From: Candidatus Xenobia bacterium
GTDB lineage: Bacteria; Vulcanimicrobiota; Xenobia; Xenobiales; QWHO01
Assembly: GCA_045863235.1 (NCBI GenBank)
Contig: BTUM01000043.1
Coordinates: forward strand, 1 to 64,000
Direction of reading: 5' to 3'
DNA length: 64,000 nucleotides
Position numbers and translations under genes: made by a program. Below the pieces are notes generated by a model. It saw only the letters and a program-made list of their open reading frames with translations. It did not search any database and was not told where the DNA came from. Numbering within the stretch: position 1 is the stretch's first letter; every line of letters starts with the position of its first letter. Shown here in pieces: positions 37,173 through 46,524 of this stretch.

Positions 37173-39509
37173 ATGCTGGACCGAGTCAGCCTCAAAGGGC
37201 CGACCATCACCGACCGGGTCGCCTTCCTGGGCAAGCTCCAGGCCGATGGGACGCGCCCCCTCGACGAGGTCGTCTTTTCCCAGGATGGCACCAGGGCCTT
37301 CCTCAAGGACGCCGAGGGACTGGTTTCGGTGGCGCCGGACGGAACCCGCCAGGTCCTCTGCCCATGGCAGAAAGATCGGTCTCCCATGGGGGCCCCGTTC
37401 GAGCTTCCCGGAGGGGGGGTGGCGTTCTTCCGAGGTGGTTCCTCCACGGTCCGGGACCTGACCGCAGTAGGTGCGGACGGCTCTCCCCTCTGGTCGGTGC
37501 CGGTAGAGCGGGACGCACCCGATCGGGCCCGCTTTTTGCAAGACCGGGTCTTGCTTTGTGGCGACCAGTGCGTGAAGGCGGTCAGCCTCCAGAACGGCAA
37601 ACTGCTCTGGGCCCACGACATCCCGCGGTTTTCCACCCTCAGCAGCACTCCCGATGGCCATCTGCTCGTGGGCGACGACCAGCAGGTCTATTCGCTGACC
37701 CCCGAAGGGGAGCGCCAGGACCTGCCCCTGCAACTTCCCCCCGACCAGCGTTGCATCGCGCTCACGGCAACCGGGGACGGCGCTCTATTGATCCAGCACT
37801 CCCAGGAGCTGCGCTGCTACAATCCGGATGGCTCGGTGCGCTGGAGTCGGCCGGGCTACGGCGAGAGGGTGCCGGTGGGCGAAGGGCCCGGGGTCTACTA
37901 CCAGGTTCAGGATCACACCCTCCAGGGCCTGGATCCGGCTACCGGCGAGTCGAAGTGGACGGTGGACGGATACTCCTTGCGCCGCAGCTACCACCTCGAC
38001 CCGGAGGGGCGTGTGCGCTTCGTTCCCCTGCAGCCGTTCGGCGAGCTGTGGACGGTCGACCCCCGGGGAGGGGTCCTGGTGCAGAAACTTCCCAAGGAGG
38101 CGGGCGCGCCCGACCAGATCGCGATCCAGCCAGACGGATCCACCCTGTTGATCAGCTTCGGCAAGGTGGTGCCACTGGCCCCGCCCGAGGCTGGCGCCTC
38201 CAAGGGCGAGTTCGAGCTCTTGCAGGAAGCCACCGAGCGGGTTACCGGCCTGTCCCGAGAGCAATTGAGCCACCTCGAGCCCGAGGAGTGGCGCCCCCTG
38301 ATGGAGAGAGCCCGCGCGCTCCTTCTCCAGCGCCGGAACGCCGAAGACCGGGCCCTGGCCAGCCGGGCAAGCTGCAGCGAGGCCACCCGGCCCTTCGATC
38401 AGGAGCACCAGCAACTCAAGGAGCTCTATAGCCAGTGCGAGCTCACCCGGCCGGCCCGGGAGGGACTGCTGGCCGTGTGGGGCCAGCACCATGCGGTGGA
38501 AGGCTGGGAACGCCGCCTGTTCGGCGAAAAGGTCACGCCTGAGCAGCGGAGCTGGCTCTATCAAAGCGCCTCCGATCTGATCCATGGCCCCCGCGTGGAG
38601 CGGTTGAGCGAGCTGCCCGAGGCCACCCTGCGCCTGGCCTGCGAGGAGATGCTGGGGCCACCAGGGCGCGAGACGGACAACCCCGCCCTGCTGCTCGACG
38701 CCTGCCATCGAGCCAGCGAGCAGTCGCCCTGGCAAAGGAGGCGGGCCCTGGAAGTTCTGGCGAAATTGGACCGCAGCGCCGACGCATCTTTGTTTGCCGA
38801 CCTGATCTCCACCAAAGACTTCGTGGAGCGGGTGGACAAACTGCTGACTCAACCTTTCCCCACCTGCCAGGTGCCGGTGGCCCTCAAGATCCTGGCGGGA
38901 CAGGATCCGGGTCCAGTCCAGGCGGGGAGCGAGCAAGAGTCGCTGGCCCTGGCCCGACTCGCCGGGCTGGAGCCGAAGGCTCTGGAGCAGCTGTGGCCGG
39001 CTCTGCAGGTCAGTCAGAAGGGCCAGACCGCGCGCGAGTTGCAGGACCTGTGTCCCACCAACCCGGCCGTGGCCACCACCGTGCTCGGTCAATCCGACGA
39101 GCAGAACGCCGTTCAGCTGACCGAGAGTCTCTTGCGCTCAGGCCGCCTGAGGAGCGACGAGAGCGCCCGGGTGGGCGCTTACCTCGTCGCTCGACGCCTT
39201 GAGAGCGGGGCCGAGCTGGTAGGAGTGGGGCGGGAGTTGCTCGACGAGACCGGTGAGCCGGCCTGGCTGGGCGGAGCCCTGACCGGTTTCCTGGAAGCCG
39301 CCAGCGCCCGGGGGGTAATCGGCCTGAACGCGCTGCTCCAGTCCCAATCTCCCCGCCCGGTGGCCGAGCTGCGCCCACTGGTGAGCGAGGCCGTCGCTCG
39401 CGCCGAGACCAGCAAGCTCCACGCCCCCGAGCAAAGTGGCGGCGTGGCCCGGCTGGGCTCCAACCTGGTGGTCGGCAACGTGGCCCTGAGAACCCGCTCC
39501 CGCAGCTGA
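37173..39509 (+). CDS. PQQ-like beta-propeller + helical domain protein with the C-terminal VGNV motif variant
   Basis: DGSPLW, NGKLLW, DGSVRW and TGESKW blades; ends VARLGSNLVVGNVALRTR. Confidence 0.8.
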   Translation: MLDRVSLKGPTITDRVAFLGKLQADGTRPLDEVVFSQDGTRAFLKDAEGLVSVAPDGTRQVLCPWQKDRSPMGAPFELPGGGVAFFRGGSSTVRDLTAVGADGSPLWSVPVERDAPDRARFLQDRVLLCGDQCVKAVSLQNGKLLWAHDIPRFSTLSSTPDGHLLVGDDQQVYSLTPEGERQDLPLQLPPDQRCIALTATGDGALLIQHSQELRCYNPDGSVRWSRPGYGERVPVGEGPGVYYQVQDHTLQGLDPATGESKWTVDGYSLRRSYHLDPEGRVRFVPLQPFGELWTVDPRGGVLVQKLPKEAGAPDQIAIQPDGSTLLISFGKVVPLAPPEAGASKGEFELLQEATERVTGLSREQLSHLEPEEWRPLMERARALLLQRRNAEDRALASRASCSEATRPFDQEHQQLKELYSQCELTRPAREGLLAVWGQHHAVEGWERRLFGEKVTPEQRSWLYQSASDLIHGPRVERLSELPEATLRLACEEMLGPPGRETDNPALLLDACHRASEQSPWQRRRALEVLAKLDRSADASLFADLISTKDFVERVDKLLTQPFPTCQVPVALKILAGQDPGPVQAGSEQESLALARLAGLEPKALEQLWPALQVSQKGQTARELQDLCPTNPAVATTVLGQSDEQNAVQLTESLLRSGRLRSDESARVGAYLVARRLESGAELVGVGRELLDETGEPAWLGGALTGFLEAASARGVIGLNALLQSQSPRPVAELRPLVSEAVARAETSKLHAPEQSGGVARLGSNLVVGNVALRTRSRS

Positions 39510-39523
39510 CCACCCGGCGGGTT

Positions 39524-39553
39524 TGTCAAGGGGGTTTCCGGCTGCGCTCCTAG
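39524..39553 (+). repeat. Dispersed repeat copy D (end only)
   Basis: 27 bp identical to copy C (tgtcaagggggtttccggctgcgctcc) followed by tagcctagctag; lies between convergent genes. Confidence 0.8.
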
Positions 39554-39558
39554 CCTAG

Positions 39559-41244
39559 CTAGGGGGCCGTCTCGCAGTCCACCTTGCGCACCCGCAAGCG
39601 TACCCCGCCCACCAGCACCGCGCCCTGAGTCTCGGCGATGGTGGTGGCCTGGTCCTGACCGGTCACGGCCTTCGCCATCTTCTTGATCTCGGTCACATCA
39701 TCGTCGATCGCCTGAATGCCGCGAAACGCCTCTTTGAGCGCTTCGGCCTTCTGGTGGTCGTACTGTTTGCTCAGGGCCTCGTCGAGCAGAGCGCGCGCTC
39801 GGGGATTGCTGTAACGGCCGCTCAGCACACGCCCCGCGGCCACGATGTCCTGGGCGGCATGGGCGGTGCTGAGAGAGCCCAGCAGCTCGGCGGCCAGTTG
39901 CGAGAAGGGAGGCGGCTCGGGCGCAAGCAGGTGGCTGAAGACGACCCTGGCCATCTCCACCCGCTGGTTGTCGTAGCGAACCGCTCGCATGGCCTGCAGC
40001 ACGATGTCGGCGTCTGCGTTGTCGGTGCGCTCGAGCACCGCCATGGCTACCCGGTTGAGGTCCTGGGCGGCATAGGTGGAGCTGATGGTGCTCATGGCCT
40101 GCCGGGCCACGCTCAGCTCGGAAGTCTGTCCCTGCGAGATGGCCTCCAGCACTTCGTCGGCCAGAGCGAGCTTCTGGTTGTCATAGCGCACCTCGCCCTG
40201 CATCAAGAGGGCCAGATCGGCCATGGATTCTGTCTCGGGGAACTGCTTGAGCCTTTCCAGCAGCACGATCGAGGCAGCTGCTCGGTCCTGAGCCGCATAG
40301 GTGGGGCTGAGCTGAGCCAGCATGGCCTGACCCTGACGGGCCAGCCCCACCGGGTCTTTCGTCTGGCACGAGCTCATGGCCGTCTCGTAGATGGCCAGGC
40401 GCTGGTTGTCGTAGCGCACGGCCCGGCCCATCTCGAGCCCCAGCGAGAGCATCGGAGCGACGCTCGGGTCACCCACCAGGTGCTCGAGCAAGGTGCGCCC
40501 GAGGGCGGCGCGATCCTGCGCGGCGTAGGTGCTGCTGAGCTGGCTGGCCGCTTGCAGCCCCGGCGCAACCAGCTCCGGAGCGGAGGTCTTGTCGAACTGC
40601 TCCAGGAAGGTCTGGTAGATCGGGATCCTCTGGTTGTCGTAGCGCACGGACTGCCCGAGTTTCAGGGCCAGGCGAGCGGCCGGTGTGTCCAGCCGGCGCA
40701 GAGCCTTTTCTCCCACCTGACAAACGTCCGCAGCCGCGTAGTCGCTGTTCAGGGCCCGGGTAGCGGCCAGGCCCAGACCGGCCAGCCCGGCCGCCTCGGT
40801 GGCGGTGCTGGCCAGCACCAGCTGGGCGATGGCAACCCTTTGATTGGCGTAGCGGGGCGCCTCGAGCAGTTCGCTCCCGAAGCTCCACGGCCCGGGTACT
40901 TGATGGGCCTGCAGATGCTGCAGCGACCGCTGAGCCAGACTGAGCTTCTCCTCGTCGTTGCGCCCGGTGTTGACCAGCTCCAGGGCCACCCCGGCCAGCC
41001 CCAGCTGCGACCCGGCGACCTGCAGGGAGGCTCCCCGCCGCATCAGGGCCTCCTTGCCGGCGAACTTGAGCGCACCGGCCAGGTCGTCGCAAAGCGCCTC
41101 AACCGTGGGGTCAGAGAAAACCAGGGGGCCAGGCGGCTGGACCGGCTCGGGCACGTAAGCATCCTGGACCGGAGTCTCTTCCGGCCTGGGCTTCTTGCCC
41201 GTGATCCAGTCCCAAACACCTCCCATGCGTATGGGGGCAAGCAT
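39559..41244 (-). CDS. Alpha-helical repeat protein (RYDNQ / STYAAQD repeats) with the C-terminal VGGV motif
   Basis: About 6 repeats of ~65-72 aa; ends IAETQGAVLVGGVRLRVRK. Confidence 0.85.
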   Translation of the reverse strand: MLAPIRMGGVWDWITGKKPRPEETPVQDAYVPEPVQPPGPLVFSDPTVEALCDDLAGALKFAGKEALMRRGASLQVAGSQLGLAGVALELVNTGRNDEEKLSLAQRSLQHLQAHQVPGPWSFGSELLEAPRYANQRVAIAQLVLASTATEAAGLAGLGLAATRALNSDYAAADVCQVGEKALRRLDTPAARLALKLGQSVRYDNQRIPIYQTFLEQFDKTSAPELVAPGLQAASQLSSTYAAQDRAALGRTLLEHLVGDPSVAPMLSLGLEMGRAVRYDNQRLAIYETAMSSCQTKDPVGLARQGQAMLAQLSPTYAAQDRAAASIVLLERLKQFPETESMADLALLMQGEVRYDNQKLALADEVLEAISQGQTSELSVARQAMSTISSTYAAQDLNRVAMAVLERTDNADADIVLQAMRAVRYDNQRVEMARVVFSHLLAPEPPPFSQLAAELLGSLSTAHAAQDIVAAGRVLSGRYSNPRARALLDEALSKQYDHQKAEALKEAFRGIQAIDDDVTEIKKMAKAVTGQDQATTIAETQGAVLVGGVRLRVRKVDCETAP

Positions 41245-41402
41245 GACGCCGTCAGTATGACAAGGGCTTCTGAACGGAGTCTGAAAGCCTGCCTGCAAAG
41301 CGGCAGGTCACCACCGCGACCCGTGTCGAATCATGACGTTCAGCCCATCCCGGTAGGACGCAGGACAGGCCCCCGGCGTCAACTCGAGCAGGGAGAGTCA
41401 GC

Positions 41403-42290
41403 ATGAGCACGTTGCAAGGCACCTCGAACCCCAACTACAGCTTTACGGGAGTTCAAACCGTAGCCAGTTATGCCACCGGCGGGCCCAACCCGGCCACGCC
41501 GGTCGTGCAGGTCTCCTACACTCAGGAACAGCTCGCCATCATCGCTGTCTCCGTCCAGCGCGAGCGAGAGCTTTACAACCAGTGGGGCTTCGTGGCTGGG
41601 CAACCGGTCAACGGCCACACGGTCACCAATCCCAACCCGCCCGCCGTCACCCAGCCGGTCCAGGGCCCCACCAATTCGAGCTTCCCGTTCATCGGGCCCT
41701 ACACCGGCCCGGGAGGGCTTCCCCAGCAGTCGCCCAACGTGCTCGGCCCCTTCGGCGGGCCTGGCGGTCTGCCTCAGGGTCCCTACGTGCTCGGGCCCTG
41801 GGATGGTCCGGGCGGTCTTCCTCAGGGTCCGCACGTGCTCGGTCCCTGGAATGGTCCGGGCGGTCTTCCCCAGGGTCCCCACGTGCTCGGCCCCTGGGAT
41901 GGACCGGGCGGCCTGCCTCAGGGGCCTTACGTGCTCGGGCCGTGGGGTGGCCCGGGAGGCCTGCCTCAGGGTCCTTACGTGCTCGGGCCGTGGGGTGGTC
42001 CGGGTGGCCTGCCTCAGGGGCCCTACGTGCTCGGCCCCTGGGATGGCCCGGGCGGTCTGCCTCAGGGTCCGAATGTGCTCGGACCCTTCGGCGGCCAAGG
42101 TGGTCTGCCCCAGGGCCCCTTCGTGCTCGGCCCCTGGAATGGTCCGGGTGGCCTGCCCACCGGCCCGAACGTGCTCGGGCCTTTCGGAGGACCGGGCGGG
42201 CTGCCGGGCCAGTCCCCGCCACTGCTTGGCCCGGCCAGCTTCGGGGCACCCAACGGCACCTTCCCCTTCTTCGGGCAGTTTCCGTCCTGA
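41403..42290 (+). CDS. Gly/Pro-rich 16-aa tandem repeat protein
   Basis: GGAG RBS; GPGGLPQGP[YHNF]VLGP[WF][DNG] x10; variation between units is mostly synonymous in this frame. Confidence 0.85.
   Translation: MSTLQGTSNPNYSFTGVQTVASYATGGPNPATPVVQVSYTQEQLAIIAVSVQRERELYNQWGFVAGQPVNGHTVTNPNPPAVTQPVQGPTNSSFPFIGPYTGPGGLPQQSPNVLGPFGGPGGLPQGPYVLGPWDGPGGLPQGPHVLGPWNGPGGLPQGPHVLGPWDGPGGLPQGPYVLGPWGGPGGLPQGPYVLGPWGGPGGLPQGPYVLGPWDGPGGLPQGPNVLGPFGGQGGLPQGPFVLGPWNGPGGLPTGPNVLGPFGGPGGLPGQSPPLLGPASFGAPNGTFPFFGQFPS
41706..42235 (+). repeat. 48-bp coding tandem repeat, 10 copies plus 1 degenerate
   Basis: cgtgctcgg recurs with period 48. Confidence 0.95.
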
Positions 42291-42294
42291 GCTC

Positions 42295-44679
42295 TCAGTA
42301 AAGCAAGAACGGCGCGCGGCGCTTTCGAAAACGCTCCAGGTCGGCCTCCCAGGAGGCCTCGATCTGGGCCGGAGTTTCTCCCGCCAGTAACCGGCGCAGG
42401 CTGTCCGCGTTGTCCAGCAGCCGTCCCAGCTTCTCGGTCTCGAACTCGCGCGGGTGCAGACGCAGCAGGGCCGCGGCCAGCTCCATCCCCAGCCGAACCG
42501 GGCGCAGGCGGGCGCGGTCGGTGAGCAGGATCTGAACCCCCCTGCACTCCTGGCCAGCGTAGACCGAGCTTTGCGGGGTGAAACGCACGGGCACGAAGCG
42601 AACCCCGGGCAGGCCCTGCTCGTTGAGCAGCAGAGCGAACCTGTCGGCGTCGATCCAGGGAGCGCCCAATTGCTCGAAGGGCCGGTCGGTGCCGCGCCCC
42701 ACCGACAGGTTGGTGGCCTCCCACAGGCCCACCCCGGGATAGAGCAGGGCGGCCGCAGGTCCGCGCAGGTTGGGGGAAGGATTCACCCACTCTTGCTGGG
42801 TCTGGTCGAACCAGAGCGAGCGGGCCCAGGGATCCATCGCGATGACCCGCAGGTCGGCGCCGATCTTACGCTCGTCGTTGAACATGCGAGCCAACTCGCC
42901 CATAGTCATCCCGTGGCGCACGGGCAACGTGTGAGGGCAGGTGAACGAGTCGCGCTCGGCGTCGGCCACCGGGCCCTCCACCGCCTCTCCGCCCAGCGGG
43001 TTGGGGCGGTCGAGCACGAACACGGTCAAGCCGGCCCGGGCGCCCTCCTCGAGCAGGTAGCGCAGGGTGGTGCTGTAGGTGTAGTAGCGCGTGCCGCAAT
43101 CCTGAATGTCGTAGACCAGGGCGTCCAGACCCTCCAGGTCCTCGGGACGGGGGCGCTTTCTCTCGCCGTAGAGGCTCACCACCGGCAGTCCGGTGCGCGG
43201 GTCGGCCCCGTCGGGCACTTTCTCGTCAAGCTGCCCGCGCAGGCCGTGCTCGGGCGAGAAGATGCGCACCAGATGCACTCCGGGGGCTTTGTGCAGCAGG
43301 TCCACCGTCAGCTCCCCCTGGCGGTTGCGACCGGTGTGGTTGGTCACCACCCCGACGCGCATCCCGGCCAGCTCGCGAAAGCCGTTCTCCTGCAGGATGT
43401 CGATGCCGTTCAGCGTGCGCCGCGACAGGGGCGGAGAGGGGGGCTGGCCGGCCAGCTTCTCCAGGCGGGCCTCCAACTCAGGCAGGCCGCGGGCCACCTC
43501 GGCCGCGTAGCGCTGCTCGGCCTGACGCCAGGCGGTCTTCTGATCGGTGGCGGCGCCGGCTGCCAGGGTGGCCACCCGGGCCCTCAAGGGGGTCACGTCT
43601 CCCTTGCCGTCGGGGTGGACGCGGTTGGACAGAAAGACCACGAAGATCTCGCTGGTAGGATCCACCCACAGGGAGGTGCCGGTCCACCCGGTGTGCCCGA
43701 AGGAGCCCCGGGGGAACAGCTCGCCCCGGTTGGCCGAGTAGGGCGAGTCGATGTCCAGCCCCAGCCCTCGGGTGTGGCCGCTGGCGGAGACCACGACCGG
43801 ACGGGTCATGCGGGCCACCGAGGCCGGGCTGAGGACCCCGCCCCCCTGGTCGAGCAGCATCTGAGCGAAAAGGGCCACGTCGTCGGCGGTGGCAAAGAGG
43901 CCGGCGTGGCCGCCCACCCCGCCCATGCGCGCAGCCACGTGGTCGTGCACGACGCCTCGCAGCACCACGCTGGCTCGGCGCTCGGTGGGAGCGACGTTAG
44001 GCTCGATGCGCGGCCCGAAACCGGCATGCGTCATCTGCAGCGGACCGAAGAGATGCCGGGAGGCAAATTGATCCAGGGGCTGGCCCGCCAGGCGCTGAAC
44101 CAGGAGTCCCAGCGCGATGTAGTTGATGTCGGAATACTCGAAGTGGGTGCCGGGAGGGTGGCGCAAGTACTCGCGAGAGAGCTCGCCGACCGCACCCTGC
44201 AGGCCCTGCCAGTCGCGGGTGCGGTCCAGGCCACTGCCGTAGCCCGAGGTATGGGTCAACAGCTCCTGCACGGTCACCCTGCGGGCAGCCGGGTCCTCGA
44301 GCTCGGGAAAGTAGAGCCCCAGCGGGTCGCTCAGGCGCAGGCGGCCCTGCTCCACCAGCAGCATCACGCTGGGGGCGGTGGCCAGGGGCTTGGTCAGGCT
44401 GGCCAGGTCGAAGATGGTGTCCACGGTCATGGGCTCGGCCGCCGGCTCCAGGGCGCGCTGGCCGAAGGCGCGGCGATAGACGATCTTGCCCCGCCGGCCG
44501 ACGATCACGACCGCCCCGGGCAGCTTACCGGCGGCGATGGCCTGATTGACCACGCGCTCGATCTCGGAAAGACGCGCTGCCGACATGTCCACCGATTCCG
44601 GATCGACCTCGGGCAGTCCTCGGGCCGACGCGAGCAGAGCCAGCACCAACAACACCCACAGCATCTTTCTTGCTGGCAT
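42295..44679 (-). CDS. Exported serine hydrolase (beta-lactamase fold) fused to a NamZ/DUF1343 exo-beta-N-acetylmuramidase domain
   Basis: FDLASLTK, YSD, GHTGWTG; TNHTG, FSPEHG, YDIQD.GTRYYTY, LDRPNP, PSPNL. Confidence 0.93.
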   Translation of the reverse strand: MPARKMLWVLLVLALLASARGLPEVDPESVDMSAARLSEIERVVNQAIAAGKLPGAVVIVGRRGKIVYRRAFGQRALEPAAEPMTVDTIFDLASLTKPLATAPSVMLLVEQGRLRLSDPLGLYFPELEDPAARRVTVQELLTHTSGYGSGLDRTRDWQGLQGAVGELSREYLRHPPGTHFEYSDINYIALGLLVQRLAGQPLDQFASRHLFGPLQMTHAGFGPRIEPNVAPTERRASVVLRGVVHDHVAARMGGVGGHAGLFATADDVALFAQMLLDQGGGVLSPASVARMTRPVVVSASGHTRGLGLDIDSPYSANRGELFPRGSFGHTGWTGTSLWVDPTSEIFVVFLSNRVHPDGKGDVTPLRARVATLAAGAATDQKTAWRQAEQRYAAEVARGLPELEARLEKLAGQPPSPPLSRRTLNGIDILQENGFRELAGMRVGVVTNHTGRNRQGELTVDLLHKAPGVHLVRIFSPEHGLRGQLDEKVPDGADPRTGLPVVSLYGERKRPRPEDLEGLDALVYDIQDCGTRYYTYSTTLRYLLEEGARAGLTVFVLDRPNPLGGEAVEGPVADAERDSFTCPHTLPVRHGMTMGELARMFNDERKIGADLRVIAMDPWARSLWFDQTQQEWVNPSPNLRGPAAALLYPGVGLWEATNLSVGRGTDRPFEQLGAPWIDADRFALLLNEQGLPGVRFVPVRFTPQSSVYAGQECRGVQILLTDRARLRPVRLGMELAAALLRLHPREFETEKLGRLLDNADSLRRLLAGETPAQIEASWEADLERFRKRRAPFLLY

Positions 44680-44698
44680 GCAACAGTGCACTGAGAAT

Positions 44699-45157
44699 CT
44701 AACGATTCACCTCGCGCACCTCGCCGTTGCGCCGGTCCACCACGACCAGGTGGTAGCGGCCCACGTCGTTGGGGGCAGAGTAGTATTTCGACTCCTCTGG
44801 CGTCACCCGCTCGACCTGCAGGTGCACGCTCTCCCCGTCGCTCTGCAGGCGCAACTCCACGATCTTGACCTGGGCGTAGAGGAAGTTGCTGTAGGCCACC
44901 ACGGCCATGTTCTCGGTGAAGTCGATCTCGGGGCGCTTCAGGAGCGGGTCGTCGCTGGGTGGAGCCGGGTTGGTCTTGGAGATCTCCGTCCTGGGAATGC
45001 GGTCGATGAAGTCGTCGTAAGCCTTTTGATCGCGCAGCACCAGCACCCCGCCCGGACCGTGAACCCTCAGCACTCCGCTGTACTCAGCCGTGGGGAACAA
45101 GAGCGCCTCCCCGGCACCCAGGGCGAGGAGAGCCAGCAGCAAGAGCCACTTTCTCAT
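44699..45157 (-). CDS. Secreted PrcB-C-terminal-like protein
   Basis: MRKWLLLLALLALG signal; PEIDFTENMAVVA...YHLVVVDR. Confidence 0.7.
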   Translation of the reverse strand: MRKWLLLLALLALGAGEALLFPTAEYSGVLRVHGPGGVLVLRDQKAYDDFIDRIPRTEISKTNPAPPSDDPLLKRPEIDFTENMAVVAYSNFLYAQVKIVELRLQSDGESVHLQVERVTPEESKYYSAPNDVGRYHLVVVDRRNGEVREVNR

Positions 45158-45654
45158 CGCGTGGGGGCCAGCAGATAAAGATGGGGAGCCAGATCGGTCA
45201 TGTCCAGGTTGATCATCTCGGCCTGGACGGCCTGTCCGTTCACCTGGCCGCTCAGCTGGCCGCGGGAAAGATCCAGCTCCAGGTCCACCGACTTCGAGCC
45301 CACCGTGCCGTGCAGGCTGTCGTGGTCGAAGCGCAGGTTCCACTGGTCCTCGCCGGTGGAGCCAGAAATGGTGTGAGCCTGCCAGTTCACCTCCAGCTCG
45401 AGGTCCTGGCCGTTGGCCTGGCCTTCCAACTGAATCCGGCTGGGGCTCCAGCCCATGGACAGCTCCACCTCGTGGCCGTTGGCCACGCCCTCGATGGCCC
45501 CGCGGTCGTGGTCGATGCTGAGCGACACCGAATCCTGATTGGCCGTGCCGGCCACGGTGTGCAGGCGACGATCGAAACTGAGGTCCAGCGACGCCCCGTT
45601 GGCCTGCCCTCGGATCCATCCGAGGCGCGGCGGGGCAAGAGTGCTCACAGCCAT
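45154..45654 (-). CDS. Beta-hairpin repeat hypothetical protein
   Basis: About 7 repeats of ~19 aa, I.G.aNG..v.L; GGAGG RBS. Confidence 0.78.
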   Translation of the reverse strand: MAVSTLAPPRLGWIRGQANGASLDLSFDRRLHTVAGTANQDSVSLSIDHDRGAIEGVANGHEVELSMGWSPSRIQLEGQANGQDLELEVNWQAHTISGSTGEDQWNLRFDHDSLHGTVGSKSVDLELDLSRGQLSGQVNGQAVQAEMINLDMTDLAPHLYLLAPTR

Positions 45655-45797
45655 GACAAAGTCCCTCCAAAATCAGACGACGCTCACTTTCGGGAGCGGT
45701 CGAGCATTTCTTTGTGTGTGGCGCCAGTATAGCCAGGCCCTGCCAGTCAGCCGTGAACGGGGTGTTACACTCTCCCGCGGGGGGGCTCACACGGGGA

Positions 45798-46520
45798 ATG
45801 TCGAATCCCAGGACTGTGGATCCGATCATCCGAGCCGGCGCCCCCGGACTCCATGTCGTGGCCCAGGTCCGGCCAGCCGAGCCTGGACTATCAGGCGATG
45901 GGTTCGAGGTGGCTCCGCGCGAGGACGGCAGCACCGCCATCTGGTTGCTTGACGCCGAGGGCCATGGGGCCAAAGGCTGCGCTGAGCGCCAACAGATCCT
46001 CAGCGTGCTCGGGAAGGATGCCAGCTGGACCTCGCTCGAGCCTGAGAAAGCCCTGGCCCGGGCCGACGAGTTGCTGGCCGCCGAGGGTAAAGAGGTCTCC
46101 ATGACCTTCGTCCAGGTGGACCCGGTCAGCCAGACCCTCACCGTTGCGGTTGCCGGAGGGATTCCGTTCCCGATGCTCCTGCGGGGCGACTCGGGAGCGC
46201 TCGAAACCATCGAGTCGGGGGGCCTCTTTCTCGGCTACGGCTATGCCGACATCCAGCACGACGTGATCAAGACCGAGTTCCACCCCGGCGACCGGTTGGT
46301 GCTCTTCAGCGACGGCGTCACCGAGGCTCGCGATCAGACCGATACGCTGTTCACCCTCGAGGGCGTCTCACAGACCCTGAAGGGTTCGGCTGAAGCGCCC
46401 CCGGAGCAGCTGGTGGACCGCCTGATGCAGGCCAGCCTCACCCACGCCGGCCGCGAGTTGCCCGAGGACGACACCACCGTCGTCCTGGTAGAGTTCTTTC
46501 AGCCCCCTCGACTAGACTGA
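45798..46520 (+). CDS. PP2C / SpoIIE-type phosphatase
   Basis: DAEGHG, PGDRLVLFSDGVTEA, EDDTTVV. Confidence 0.88.
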   Translation: MSNPRTVDPIIRAGAPGLHVVAQVRPAEPGLSGDGFEVAPREDGSTAIWLLDAEGHGAKGCAERQQILSVLGKDASWTSLEPEKALARADELLAAEGKEVSMTFVQVDPVSQTLTVAVAGGIPFPMLLRGDSGALETIESGGLFLGYGYADIQHDVIKTEFHPGDRLVLFSDGVTEARDQTDTLFTLEGVSQTLKGSAEAPPEQLVDRLMQASLTHAGRELPEDDTTVVLVEFFQPPRLD

Positions 46521-46524
46521 GCCC

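Noticed and set aside
41706..42235. 48-bp periodic array as a CRISPR or other guide array
   Set aside because: No unique spacers; variation is concentrated at third codon positions, so it is a coding repeat
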